DNA from: an uncultured Holophagales bacterium
GTDB lineage: Bacteria > Acidobacteriota > Thermoanaerobaculia > Multivoradales > UBA5704
Length of the DNA: 64,000 nt
NCBI GenBank assembly: GCA_963842525.1
Contig: CAWJGT010000021.1
Coordinates: 1-64,000, forward strand
Direction of reading: 5' to 3'
Shown: positions 1 to 9,192 of the stretch, one piece after another
Layout of the letters: every line of letters starts with the position of its first letter
How positions within the stretch are numbered: the stretch's first letter is position 1
Made by a program: the position numbers and the translations under genes
Notes under the pieces: generated by a model
The model's database searches: none
Told to the model about the DNA's origin: nothing
The model's input: only the letters and a program-made list of their open reading frames with translations

Positions 1-1002
1 CCCATCCGCGACCTCGGCCTGCGGATCGAAGGCACGTCGCTGGAGCCGATCCTGGAGGAATTCGGAAAAGAGCTGGACCGGGCAGGCATCCGGCGGGTCC
101 GCCCCCGTTTCTATCTTTCCAGCGAGTGGGGCGTGCCGTTCGGCACGGTGGCCATCGCCATCCCTTTCTACCTGGCCCAGCCGGAGCTCACCCGCCTGCA
201 TGCCGAGCGGACCGGGCACGTCGAAGGCCTGGGCCGGGCCGACATCCTGCGCTACCTGCGGCACGAGATGGGGCACGTGGTCAACTATGCCTATCGGCTT
301 TACGATGCGGAGGAGTGGGTGGAGCGTTTCGGTCCCATCACCCGGCCCTACCGGGAGGAGTACCACCCGAAGCCCTTCAGCCGCCGCTACGTCCGCCACC
401 TGCCGGGCTGGTACGCCCAGAAGCATCCGGACGAGGACTGGGCCGAGACCTTCGCCGTCTGGATGACCCCCGGCTTCGACTGGCGCGCCGAGTACGACGC
501 CTGGCCCGAGGCGCTCGCCAAGCTCGACTACTGTGATCGGGTGATGGCCGAGATCCGCGAGCGGGAGCCGCTGGTGACCGCCGAGGACCTGGACGAGGAC
601 GTGGGGGAGATCGCCTACACGCTGGACGACTACTACCGCGGGACGGCGTCCGCCGACGGCGACTTTCCGCCGGGGCCGCCGGGGCCGCCGGGGCTCGACG
701 GAGCGCTACGCGCCATCTTCGAGGACCTCGGCCGGCCGGAGGACCTCACCACCGACGCGCCGCGGCGGCCCGCCGCGGGCCTGATCCACCGCCTGATGCG
801 CGACCTGCCGGCCGATGTCTACCGCTGGACCGGCCATTTCCCCGAGCGCACCCGCCGGCTCCTCGCCCATCTCGCCGAGAGGGCGGAGATCCTCGGCCAG
901 GTCTACCCCGAGGACCGGGAGGTTCCGGCCGTCATCGCCCTGACGACGCTGGTGACGGCGCTGGCGATGAATCACGTGCACCGGGGGTCGTACATGCCGT
1001 AG
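1..1002 (+). CDS. Putative zinc-binding metallopeptidase (5' truncated by window edge)
   Basis: Frame is open from base 1 (PIRDLGLRIEG...). HEMGH zincin motif and YAQKHPDEDWAETFA motif. Confidence 0.8.
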   Translation, partial: PIRDLGLRIEGTSLEPILEEFGKELDRAGIRRVRPRFYLSSEWGVPFGTVAIAIPFYLAQPELTRLHAERTGHVEGLGRADILRYLRHEMGHVVNYAYRLYDAEEWVERFGPITRPYREEYHPKPFSRRYVRHLPGWYAQKHPDEDWAETFAVWMTPGFDWRAEYDAWPEALAKLDYCDRVMAEIREREPLVTAEDLDEDVGEIAYTLDDYYRGTASADGDFPPGPPGPPGLDGALRAIFEDLGRPEDLTTDAPRRPAAGLIHRLMRDLPADVYRWTGHFPERTRRLLAHLAERAEILGQVYPEDREVPAVIALTTLVTALAMNHVHRGSYMP

Positions 1003-1017
1003 AGCCGTAGAGGAGGC

Positions 1018-2040
1018 TCAGGCCGTGGCCGCCACAGCCTCTGATTCAGCCGGCGCCGGCGCGGTCACCCCGTACCGCTCCAGCGCCAGGTCCACGATCT
1101 TCTGGATCAGCGCCGGGAACGAGAGGCCGGCCGCCGCGGCGGCGACGGCGAATTCGCTCCCTTTCTCCAGATAGCAGTTCGCATTGACCTCGATGACGTA
1201 GATCTCGCCGGTCTCGGTGAGGCGGAGGTCGACGCGGCCGTAGTCGCGCATCCGCACGGCGCGCGCGGCGTCGACGGCGGCCTTCTGCAGGCGGGCCCGC
1301 AGCTCGTCCGGGAGGTCCTCGGCGAGGACCGAGCGGGTGCCCTTGTATTCGATGCTCTCCGGTGACCATTTCGCCTTCGAGCCGAGCACGCGCGGCACCC
1401 CTTCGGGCAGGCCCGAGAAGTCGACCTCGATGGGCGGCAGGGCGATCGGCTCCCGGTTGCCCAGCACGCCGACGTAGAGCTCGCGCCCCTCGATGTACTC
1501 CTCGACCAGGGCCGAATCGTTCACCTTGTCGTGGATGTCGAGCACCCGCCGCATCAGCGACATCGTGTCGCGGACGAGCGAGTCGCCGTCGATCCCGATC
1601 GAGGCGTCCGCGCTCAGGGGCTTCACGAAGAGAGGCATGCGGAGCTTGCCGCCGGTCTCGAAGTCGGAGTCCTGACTGAAGACGGCGAAATGGGGATAGA
1701 GGATCCCCTCGAAGGCGAAGACCTTCTTGGCCAGCGCCTTGTCCTGCCGCAGATACAGCTCCCCGGGACCGCCGCCGGTGTAGCGAACTCCCAGGAGGTT
1801 GAGGAGGCCGGCCACCGCTACGTCGGCCGACGTGTCGTCCCCGAAGCTCTCCAGAAGGTTGAAGACCAGGTCGGGCTTGCGCTCTTTGAGACCGTCCGCC
1901 AGCTCCCGGACGTCGTCCCATACCGCCAGGATCGAGACCTCGTGCCCGTTCTCCCGCAGCGCCTCGGCGACCTGTCCAACCACCTCATCGTGCGAGGTTG
2001 CATCTTTCGTCTCGAGTCCCGTCAGGACCGTGATGTTCAT
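1018..2040 (-). CDS. D-Ala-D-Ala ligase-like ATP-grasp protein
   Basis: LFVKP, EEYIEGRE, GRVDLR and IEVNAN ATP-grasp motifs. ATG at 2040 with upstream GAGGAAAGG. Confidence 0.85.
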   Translation of the reverse strand: MNITVLTGLETKDATSHDEVVGQVAEALRENGHEVSILAVWDDVRELADGLKERKPDLVFNLLESFGDDTSADVAVAGLLNLLGVRYTGGGPGELYLRQDKALAKKVFAFEGILYPHFAVFSQDSDFETGGKLRMPLFVKPLSADASIGIDGDSLVRDTMSLMRRVLDIHDKVNDSALVEEYIEGRELYVGVLGNREPIALPPIEVDFSGLPEGVPRVLGSKAKWSPESIEYKGTRSVLAEDLPDELRARLQKAAVDAARAVRMRDYGRVDLRLTETGEIYVIEVNANCYLEKGSEFAVAAAAAGLSFPALIQKIVDLALERYGVTAPAPAESEAVAATA

Positions 2041-2185
2041 CCTTTCCTCCTCCCGTTCAGCCGCTGGACATGCAAGGGCTGCGCCGTGGCTCGGCAAAGG
2101 GGCATCGACTTTGCAGGGGCAACCTGCGTCGACCCGGATCGGCAGCGATCCCGCGGCGACCCGAGACGAAAAGGAGAGACGTGCC

Positions 2186-3652
2186 ATGGTTCGCAAGATC
2201 CAGAGACATCACCAGGCGGTCGCCGCGCTTTTGGCCTTCGCGCTCGTCGCGGCGGCCTGTTCGACAAATCCTGCAACCGGCAAACGGCAGATCGCGTTGA
2301 TGGGCGAGCAGCAAGAGATCGCGATGGGCCGGGAGGCCGCCCAGCAGGCGGTCCAGCAGATCGGCCTGTATCCGGATGATCAGCTCCAGGCCTATGTCTC
2401 ACAAATCGGCAAGAGACTGGCGGCCGACTCGGAGCGCCCCAATCTGCCCTGGACGTTCCAGGTCGTCGACGATCCGGCGGTGAACGCTTTTGCCCTGCCC
2501 GGCGGCTTCATCTTCGTGACTCGCGGCCTGTTGACGCACCTCACCAATGAGGCCGAGCTGGCCTCGGTGCTCGGGCACGAGATCGGACATGTGACGGGCC
2601 GCCACTCCGTCGAGCAGATGAGCAAGGCGCAGCTCGCTCAGATCGGCCTGGTGGCCGGCATGCTTCTCAAGCCGGAGCTGGGGGAAGCCTACGGCGGCCT
2701 GGCGCAGCAGGGCCTGCAGCTCATGTTCCTCAAGTATGGCCGGGACGACGAGAACGAGGCCGATTCCCTCGGCCTGCGCTACATGGTCCGCGATTCCTAC
2801 GACCCGCGGGAGATGTCCGGGGTTTTCGAGACCCTGCGGCGGGTGGGTGAGCGGGAGATGAAGGGGGCCAAGGTTCCGCAATGGCTCTCGACCCATCCGC
2901 ATCCGGAGAATCGCGTGCAGCGGATCAACGAGCAGGTGGCGAAGCTCGGCCAGCTTCCGGCCCAGCCCACCGTCGGCCGCGAGCGTTTCCTGCAGGCGGT
3001 CGACAACGTCGTCTTCGGCCAGAACCCGCGGGAGGGGTACTTCCGGGGCAACACCTTCATTCAGCCCGAGCTGGCCTTCCAGATCACCTTCCCCCAGGGC
3101 TGGAAGACGAGCAACACGAAGCAGGCCGTGGGCGCCATCAGTCCTCAGCAGGACGCCATCGTGGTGGTGACCCTCTCGGACAAGAGCTCGCCTCAGGCGG
3201 CGGCGCAGGAGTTCTTCTCGCAGCAGGGCGTGCAGCAGGGCCAGGCGCTGCAAGCCAACCTCGGCGGCCTGCCGTCTGTAGCCCGCGTCTTCGGTGTGCA
3301 GCGCGGCCAGTCCGGCGACCTCCAGGGGGTCGCGGCCTTCGTCGAGCACAACAACCGGGTCTACCAGGTGCTCGGCTATACGATGGCCGACCGCTGGCGC
3401 AACTACGACGACGTGCTCTCGGGGTCGCTGGGCACCTTCGAACGGGTGACCGACCGCAACCTCCTGAACGTGCAGCCGGCGCGGGTGGACATCGTGAGCC
3501 TGCCCGCATCGATGACCCTGGAGGAGTTCGCCCGGCGCTATCCGTCGAGCGTCGACCTCCAGACGCTCGCCATCATCAACCAGGCCGACACCAACACCCG
3601 GTTCCCCGCCGGCACCGAGGTCAAGCGGGTGGTGGGCGGCGTGCAGTCGTAG
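2186..3652 (+). CDS. M48 family metalloprotease lipoprotein (BepA/YfgC-like) with C-terminal extension
   Basis: Lipobox AAAC; VNAFALPGG, HEIGH, ENEAD and STHP motifs. RBS AAGGAGA. Confidence 0.9.
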   Translation: MVRKIQRHHQAVAALLAFALVAAACSTNPATGKRQIALMGEQQEIAMGREAAQQAVQQIGLYPDDQLQAYVSQIGKRLAADSERPNLPWTFQVVDDPAVNAFALPGGFIFVTRGLLTHLTNEAELASVLGHEIGHVTGRHSVEQMSKAQLAQIGLVAGMLLKPELGEAYGGLAQQGLQLMFLKYGRDDENEADSLGLRYMVRDSYDPREMSGVFETLRRVGEREMKGAKVPQWLSTHPHPENRVQRINEQVAKLGQLPAQPTVGRERFLQAVDNVVFGQNPREGYFRGNTFIQPELAFQITFPQGWKTSNTKQAVGAISPQQDAIVVVTLSDKSSPQAAAQEFFSQQGVQQGQALQANLGGLPSVARVFGVQRGQSGDLQGVAAFVEHNNRVYQVLGYTMADRWRNYDDVLSGSLGTFERVTDRNLLNVQPARVDIVSLPASMTLEEFARRYPSSVDLQTLAIINQADTNTRFPAGTEVKRVVGGVQS

Positions 3653-3673
3653 ACCTCAACCTCGCCCCGGGTG

Positions 3674-4411
3674 TCACAACCCGGGGCGCTGGACCGGCAG
3701 CACCCCGATCAAACTGTTCAGGAGGTAAACCCTTTCGGATCTTGCCAGGTCTTCGGGCGTCAGCGACCGCTCAGCAATCTTGCCTTGCTCCAGCAGGCGC
3801 CGCCGCACGGTCCCCGGCAGGCAGCCATCCGCAAGCGGCGGCGTGAAGACCCCTTCGGGAAGGGCGACCGCCACATTGCTCCTTGATCCTTCGATCAGGA
3901 GCCCCCGTTCGTTGAGCAGCAGGGCCTCGAAGCACCCCGCGGCCTCGGCGCGGCGAAGTGCCAGCCGATTCATTTGATAGGAGAGGCTCTTGAGCCCCGC
4001 GAGCGGGCTTCGCGAATCGACCCGCAGATCGGGCAGGAGAAGAACGGCCACGCCGGTGCGGTATTGCTCTTCCGACGGCGGGTCGTAGGCGGAGGTGGTG
4101 ATCAGCCGGGTCGGTCCGCCGGTGCCTCCGCGGGTGATCGTGATCCGCAGGCGGGCCACCGGCGTGGGGGCTTCGCGGGCGACCACCTCGACAGCCCTTT
4201 CCAGATCCTCCCGGCGCTCCGGGATCTCGATCTCCACCCGGGCGAGCCCGGCGAAAAGCCGGTCGAGATGAGCCTCGATGTCGCGGGCCTGCCCATCGTC
4301 CACCCGCAGGGTCTCGAAGAGGCCGTCACCAAAGAGGAGACCGGCGTCGCCCGGGGTGATGCGGACCGCGCCCTGGGGCCAGAGCTGGCCGTTCCAGAAA
4401 GTGAGGCTCAC
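3674..4411 (-). CDS. pabC: Aminotransferase class IV, probable 4-amino-4-deoxychorismate lyase
   Basis: FGDGLFETLRV, GLKSLSY (PLP Lys), EGSRSN and CLPGTVR motifs. GTG start overlaps the pabB stop. Confidence 0.75.
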   Translation of the reverse strand: MSLTFWNGQLWPQGAVRITPGDAGLLFGDGLFETLRVDDGQARDIEAHLDRLFAGLARVEIEIPERREDLERAVEVVAREAPTPVARLRITITRGGTGGPTRLITTSAYDPPSEEQYRTGVAVLLLPDLRVDSRSPLAGLKSLSYQMNRLALRRAEAAGCFEALLLNERGLLIEGSRSNVAVALPEGVFTPPLADGCLPGTVRRRLLEQGKIAERSLTPEDLARSERVYLLNSLIGVLPVQRPGL

Positions 4412-5892
4412 GTCGTCTCCACGGCGTCCAGGGCCGTGAGGAACGCCCGCGCCTTGACCGCGCTCTCCTCGTATTCCAGCTCGGGATCGGAGTCGACCAC
4501 GATACCGCAGCCGGCGTGGTAGGCGACGCGCCCGTGGGCGGCCACGGCCGTGCGGATCGCCACGGCGAGGTCCATTTCGCCGCCGAGGGAGATCCAGCCG
4601 AGGGCGCCCATGGCCGGCCCGCGCCGCCTCTCCTCTTCGGCGGCGGCCACGGTGACGGCCCGGATCTTGGGCGCGCCGGTGATGGAGGCCGGTGGAAAAG
4701 CGGCCCGCAGCAGCTCGACCGCGGCCTCCGGACCGGTGCCGCGCAGCCGGCCCCGGATGGTCGACATGGTGTGGTGGAGCGTGGGGAGCGTGACCACCTC
4801 GCCATGTTGGGAGACCTCGATCGTGCCAGGCTCGCAGACCCGGCCGAGGTCGTTGCGCGCCACGTCCACGATCATGGCCAGCTCGGCACGGTCCTTCTCG
4901 CTCTCGGCCAGCTCGCGGGCGAGGGCACGGTCCTCCCGGGGTGTCCTTCCGCGCGGGCGGGTCCCCTTGATCGGCCGGGTCTCCACGACGCCGTCGCGGG
5001 CCGCGAGGAACAGCTCGGGGCTGATCGACAGCACGGCCCGGCCCTCTCCGAGGTCGAGGAACGCCCCATGGTCGGCCGGGCTCGCCGCGCGCAGCCTCTG
5101 GTAGAGGGGCCAGACATCCTCCGGTGAGAGAGGAGCCTCCAGCCGCCGGCAGAGGTTGACCTGGTAGATCTCGCCGGACCGGATGCGCTCGACAGCGCGG
5201 ACGACGGCGGCCTCGAAGCCCGGCCGGTCCGGACGGCTCGTCACCGGTCCGGAGGTCAGCCGTCCTGCCGGAGCCTTCGGGGCCTCTGGAGCCATCGTCG
5301 ACCGGGCCGCCGCGAGCCGGCGCTCGGCCTCGTGGACCGGGTCGGGCCGGCCGTCCACCCCGCGCCAGGCAGCCGTGCTCTCCAGGGCCCAGCCCTGGCC
5401 GTCCCACCGCAGGGCCGCGTCGAACAGGGCCAGATGGAGGTCCGGCAGCCGGAGATCGTCTTCCAGATCCATCGGGGACGGAGCAAGCTCTTCGAGCTCA
5501 ACGGCCAGCTCATACCCGAGGTACCCCACCAGGAAGCCCTTGCCCGGCCCGCCCCAGGCCGCCAGCGCGGCTTCCAGGAGCCCGAACCCGCCGATGCGGA
5601 ACGTGGCGGTCCCCATGGGACCGGTCACGGTGGCTTTCCCTCTCCGCACCGAGAGGACGGCCAGCGGCCGGGCGTGCAGGCGGTGGCCGCTGCCGGAGCC
5701 GTCGAGCCAGGAGAAGCCGGGCTCGCCTCGCAGGACCTCGGCCACCTGCTCGGGACGGACCGTGGAGCGGCCGGGCGGCAGGCGCAGCGGCGTGGTGGCG
5801 CCCCGGGAATGGGGGAGCGGAGCAGGCAGGAGGGAGCGCAGCCGCTCGACCAGCCGCTGCCGTTTTCTCGCGGGCAGGCGGTCGGACCACAC
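4408..5892 (-). CDS. pabB: Aminodeoxychorismate synthase component I (chorismate-binding family)
   Basis: GEIYQVNL, SPELFL, PIKGTRPR, ELAMIVDVARNDL and SITGAPKIRA motifs. PIKGT favours PabB over TrpE. Confidence 0.85.
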   Translation of the reverse strand: MWSDRLPARKRQRLVERLRSLLPAPLPHSRGATTPLRLPPGRSTVRPEQVAEVLRGEPGFSWLDGSGSGHRLHARPLAVLSVRRGKATVTGPMGTATFRIGGFGLLEAALAAWGGPGKGFLVGYLGYELAVELEELAPSPMDLEDDLRLPDLHLALFDAALRWDGQGWALESTAAWRGVDGRPDPVHEAERRLAAARSTMAPEAPKAPAGRLTSGPVTSRPDRPGFEAAVVRAVERIRSGEIYQVNLCRRLEAPLSPEDVWPLYQRLRAASPADHGAFLDLGEGRAVLSISPELFLAARDGVVETRPIKGTRPRGRTPREDRALARELAESEKDRAELAMIVDVARNDLGRVCEPGTIEVSQHGEVVTLPTLHHTMSTIRGRLRGTGPEAAVELLRAAFPPASITGAPKIRAVTVAAAEEERRRGPAMGALGWISLGGEMDLAVAIRTAVAAHGRVAYHAGCGIVVDSDPELEYEESAVKARAFLTALDAVETT

Positions 5893-5898
5893 GGCTGC

Positions 5899-6480
5899 CT
5901 ACCAGGTCTGCGAGCGATAGACGAAGTTGAACAGGAGATCGCTCCCCAGCTCGGTCAGGAAGAGCTTCGGATCGAGCTGCACGCCCTCGATCCCGAGGCC
6001 GGTCAAGCGGAGGCCCACCACCGCGCCGTCCTCTTCGGCCCAGGCGCTGAACTCCAGGAATGTCGGCTCGTAGCTGCCGTCCACGACCAGCGACTTGTAC
6101 CGGGCAGCCGTGAACGGCGTCGGGAGCGCCTCGAAGATGCCCTTGCCGTCGTGGCGGATCGACGAAGCCTTCCTCTTCAAGGGCCGCTTGGGAGAAGACA
6201 TCCGGGCCCCGGCGACCAGGGCGACCACCTGCATGCCGAGGCAGATCCCGAGGACCGGGATGTCGCCGGCGAGGTGTTGCACCACGTCCTTGCAGACCCC
6301 CGTGTCCTCCGGCCTGCCCGGCCCCGGGGTGATGAGGATCCGCTTCGGCTTCATCGCCCGGATGCGGCCGAGGCTCAGATCCTCCGGAGGACGGACCTCG
6401 CACTCCGCCTCCAGGGCCTCCAGCGCCTTCACCAGCTTCGGCGTGGATTTGTCGCCATTGTCCAGCACGAGGACGCGCAT
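5899..6480 (-). CDS. Class I glutamine amidotransferase (PabA/TrpG-like), catalytic His/Glu absent
   Basis: TPGPG and GICLGMQ are present, but GVQLDPK replaces GVQFHPE. Confidence 0.8.
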   Translation of the reverse strand: MRVLVLDNGDKSTPKLVKALEALEAECEVRPPEDLSLGRIRAMKPKRILITPGPGRPEDTGVCKDVVQHLAGDIPVLGICLGMQVVALVAGARMSSPKRPLKRKASSIRHDGKGIFEALPTPFTAARYKSLVVDGSYEPTFLEFSAWAEEDGAVVGLRLTGLGIEGVQLDPKLFLTELGSDLLFNFVYRSQTW

Positions 6481-6580
6481 GGGGCGAGAGTCTATCGGAG
6501 GTTCCCGGCGAAGGGTCGCTGCCCTACCGCAAGGGGATCGCCGAGGCGCTCAACTACCTGGCCGATCGAGGGAACAAAAA

Positions 6581-8095
6581 CTAGATTCCGACGCGGGCGG
6601 CGCGCTCGTCGGCGCCTTCGAGGAGGACCTCCGAGCCCTTGAGGTCTTCGGTGGGGCAGGACTGGAGGTCGAGCGTCGCCACGCCCTGGAAGACATCCCT
6701 CTGGAGGCCGTGCTTCTTCAGCCACTGGTAATAGCGGGAGCTTGCGCCCTCCCCTGCGAGATCGCCGGCCCGGTGCCAGTCGCCCACCGTTGCGGAGACG
6801 CGGCAGAGGATCCGGTCCGGGGCGAGGAAGGTGAAGGTCGCCGGCTCGGCGGACGGCTGGGTGCGGGCGCGGAGGGCCACCACGGCGACCAGCCCCTGGC
6901 CCGGGACCGAGGAGAGGGCCAGCAGGGCCGGGCGCCCGGTCCGCGAGCTTGCCCGCACCACCTCCCGGCGGTCGGCCTCCGCGACACGGGTCATCAGCCG
7001 TTCCCAGGCCGCCGTGTCCGGTGCCGGCCGGGCCGGGGGCGCCAGGAGCTGCTCGTCTCCCGCGTAGACATAGTTGGCGGGCAGGGCGAAACCCAGCCCC
7101 TGGGACGCGTCCACCCGCGAGGAGACGATCCCCACCACCCGGCCATGCTGGTCGAGCAACGGCCCACCGCTGTTGCCGGCATCGAAGTCGGCATCGATCT
7201 GCAGATAGGCGAGGCCCAGGCGATTGCGCGCCGTGTGGCTCACGACCCCTTCCTGGACTCTGAGCTCCAGCCCGTTCGGCGCGCCGGCGAAGACCACCCG
7301 GTCGCCGGTGCGCAGGGTGGTCGCGTCTCCCAGGGGGAGGGGCGTGCCGCGGGCGCCCGGCACCCGCACCAGGGCGAGGTCGAGCCACGCGTCCTGCCGG
7401 ACGGCCTGGCCCGCCGCCTCACGTCCATCCGAGAAGACGGCGCGAATCGCGGTGCCGTCCCCGCAGAGGACGTGCGCATTGGTGAGGACCAGGTCTTCGG
7501 TCACGAAGAAGCCGGAGCCGGTCGAGTCAGGGCAGCGGAGCGTCACCGTGGCCGGCGTGGCGCGCGCCGCCAGCTCCCCGGTGGCGAAGACCGGACCCTG
7601 GGCCGCAGGCCGGGGCGCCTCCCGGGGCATCTCGATCTCCTCGATCTCCCCCGGCTGTCGCACCTTCCAGGTCCAGGCGTAGATTGCGAAGCCGGCGACG
7701 GCGAGCAGGCAGACGATGGCCACGAAGCTCGAGGTCCGTCCGCCAGACGCCGCCACCGCCACGCCCGCCTCATCGGCCGCGGCAACGGTGCGGCCCCGCC
7801 CGCCGTGCTCCTGGATCACCCGGAGCACCTTGCGGGCGAAGTCCCGCGTCACGCCCGATGCGAGAACCGAGTGCGGGATGCCGATCGCCTGCTGGGCCGC
7901 GCCGAACGAGATGGGCGGCGGATCGAACGCGGAGACACCGCGGGCAAGCTGATAGCGCGCGCGGGACTCGGCCGGAGCGGCGTCGAGGACGACGTCCACC
8001 AGAAGGCTGCCGTTGCAGTGCGGACAGACGCGGGCTGCCAAGGCGGCCGGCTTGCGGCAGCGGGGACAAGGCTCCCGCTCATTTTCAGAGGACAT
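6581..8095 (-). CDS. Membrane-anchored trypsin-like serine protease with N-terminal zinc ribbon
   Basis: CPRC...CPHC, one TM helix, then the triad motifs TNAHV, DLAL and GNSGGP. Confidence 0.85.
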   Translation of the reverse strand: MSSENEREPCPRCRKPAALAARVCPHCNGSLLVDVVLDAAPAESRARYQLARGVSAFDPPPISFGAAQQAIGIPHSVLASGVTRDFARKVLRVIQEHGGRGRTVAAADEAGVAVAASGGRTSSFVAIVCLLAVAGFAIYAWTWKVRQPGEIEEIEMPREAPRPAAQGPVFATGELAARATPATVTLRCPDSTGSGFFVTEDLVLTNAHVLCGDGTAIRAVFSDGREAAGQAVRQDAWLDLALVRVPGARGTPLPLGDATTLRTGDRVVFAGAPNGLELRVQEGVVSHTARNRLGLAYLQIDADFDAGNSGGPLLDQHGRVVGIVSSRVDASQGLGFALPANYVYAGDEQLLAPPARPAPDTAAWERLMTRVAEADRREVVRASSRTGRPALLALSSVPGQGLVAVVALRARTQPSAEPATFTFLAPDRILCRVSATVGDWHRAGDLAGEGASSRYYQWLKKHGLQRDVFQGVATLDLQSCPTEDLKGSEVLLEGADERAARVGI

Positions 8096-8118
8096 GATGT
8101 GGTGGGATTGTAGCGCAA

Positions 8119-8178
8119 AACCTCACCCCATGTCCCCCTCTCCCATCGCCCCCCCGCCGACCGGGAGAGGGGGGACGT
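8119..8178. repeat. REP-like palindromic element, CCCCTCTCCC...GGGAGAGGGG family
   Basis: Hairpin-forming motif that recurs at 9135-9192, 13571-13713, 49339-49503 and 52070-52211. Confidence 0.75.
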
Positions 8179-8256
8179 AGTTGGGGCTGAAAAGCGAGGT
8201 CGAGGCTTTTTCGAGAAAGAGAGTTTTCTGAGAAGAAACTGCCAGCTATCCCCTAA

Positions 8257-9120
8257 GGGCTCGTCACGAAATAAGTGTCGCAGTTTCGGTCTTCCAAAGA
8301 AGCTCGCCAGCGATCCAGGAAGGTTCTCACGGCAGAGCCCGGTCTATCGTGTCATGCTGAGCGGGAGTGTAGGATCTAGGGCGGGAAGCCGGCAGTCCTG
8401 CTGGTCCCGCGGACTGGTTCGAACTCCCCGCGATGGAGCTGCTGCCGCGGTGGGCGTTGCCGCTGCCACGGCAGCGGTTCGAACTTCCCGCGGTGGCTGT
8501 AGCTGGTCCCGCGGCGGGCGTTGTCGCCGCCGCGGCAGCGGTTCGAACTCCCCGCGGTGGCTGTAGCTGGTCCCGCGGTGGGCGTTGTCGCCGCCGCGGC
8601 AGCGGTTCGAACTCCCCGCGGTGGCTGTAGCTGGTCCCGCGGTGGGCGTTGTCGCCGCCGCGGCAGCGGTTCGAACTCCCCGCGATGGATGGAGCTGGTC
8701 CCGCGGTGGGCGTTGTCACCGCCGCGGCAGCGGTTCGAACTCCCCGCGATGGATGGAGCTGGTCCCGCGGGACATCTTGCTGGTCCCGCGGGACCACTTC
8801 GTGTCACCGCGGGGAACGTCCATGCAGTTGTCTTCGGCGCAAGGGCCGAGCCATCGCCCACTGGGAGCGCCGGCGTCCCGCCGGCCCACACTCCCCGCGG
8901 CCACGGCGGCCGGCGATGGGCCTCCGCAGCCAGCCCGAACCCCCACCTCGCTTCCCGCCGTTCTTCCCAGAAGGCCGGCTTTCGGCCCGCTGTCTTGATG
9001 ATGCTGGCGAGACGCCAGCGCTCCCAGCGTCGCGCCGCACCTTTGGTGCAGTCGTCAGACGGCGTTGACTTCCCGGGGCGAGAGAGCCCGCAGATGAGAC
9101 ACTTATTTCGTGACGAGCCC
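8257..9120. mobile_element. Non-autonomous MITE-like element (IS5-like ends)
   Basis: Perfect 23-bp terminal inverted repeats GGGCTCGTCACGAAATAAGTGTC (8257-8279, 9098-9120) with TAA on both flanks (8254-8256, 9121-9123). No transposase inside. Confidence 0.75.
8400..8815. repeat. Tandem array of about six 64-bp units
   Basis: TTCGAAC recurs at 8418, 8478, 8542, 8606, 8670 and 8734. The core unit holds three CCGCGG spaced 21/21/22 nt. Confidence 0.9.
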
Positions 9121-9134
9121 TAAGAGCACCAACC

Positions 9135-9192
9135 ACGTCCCCCCTCTCCCGGGGGAAGGGGGGGCGATGGGAGAGGGGGACAGGGGGTGAGG
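9135..9192. repeat. REP-like element, inverted partner of 8119-8178
   Basis: CGTCCCCCCTCTCCC...GGGAGAGGGGGACAGGGGGTGAGG is reverse-complement-like to 8119-8178. Confidence 0.7.

Noticed and set aside
8415-8750. tRNA genes suggested by GGTTCGAAC (T-loop-like)
   Set aside because: No acceptor stem, D-arm or anticodon arm could be built, and the unit is only 64 bp.
8400-8815. CRISPR array
   Set aside because: The 64-bp period is CRISPR-like, but whole units are near-identical with no unique spacers, and there are no cas genes in the window.
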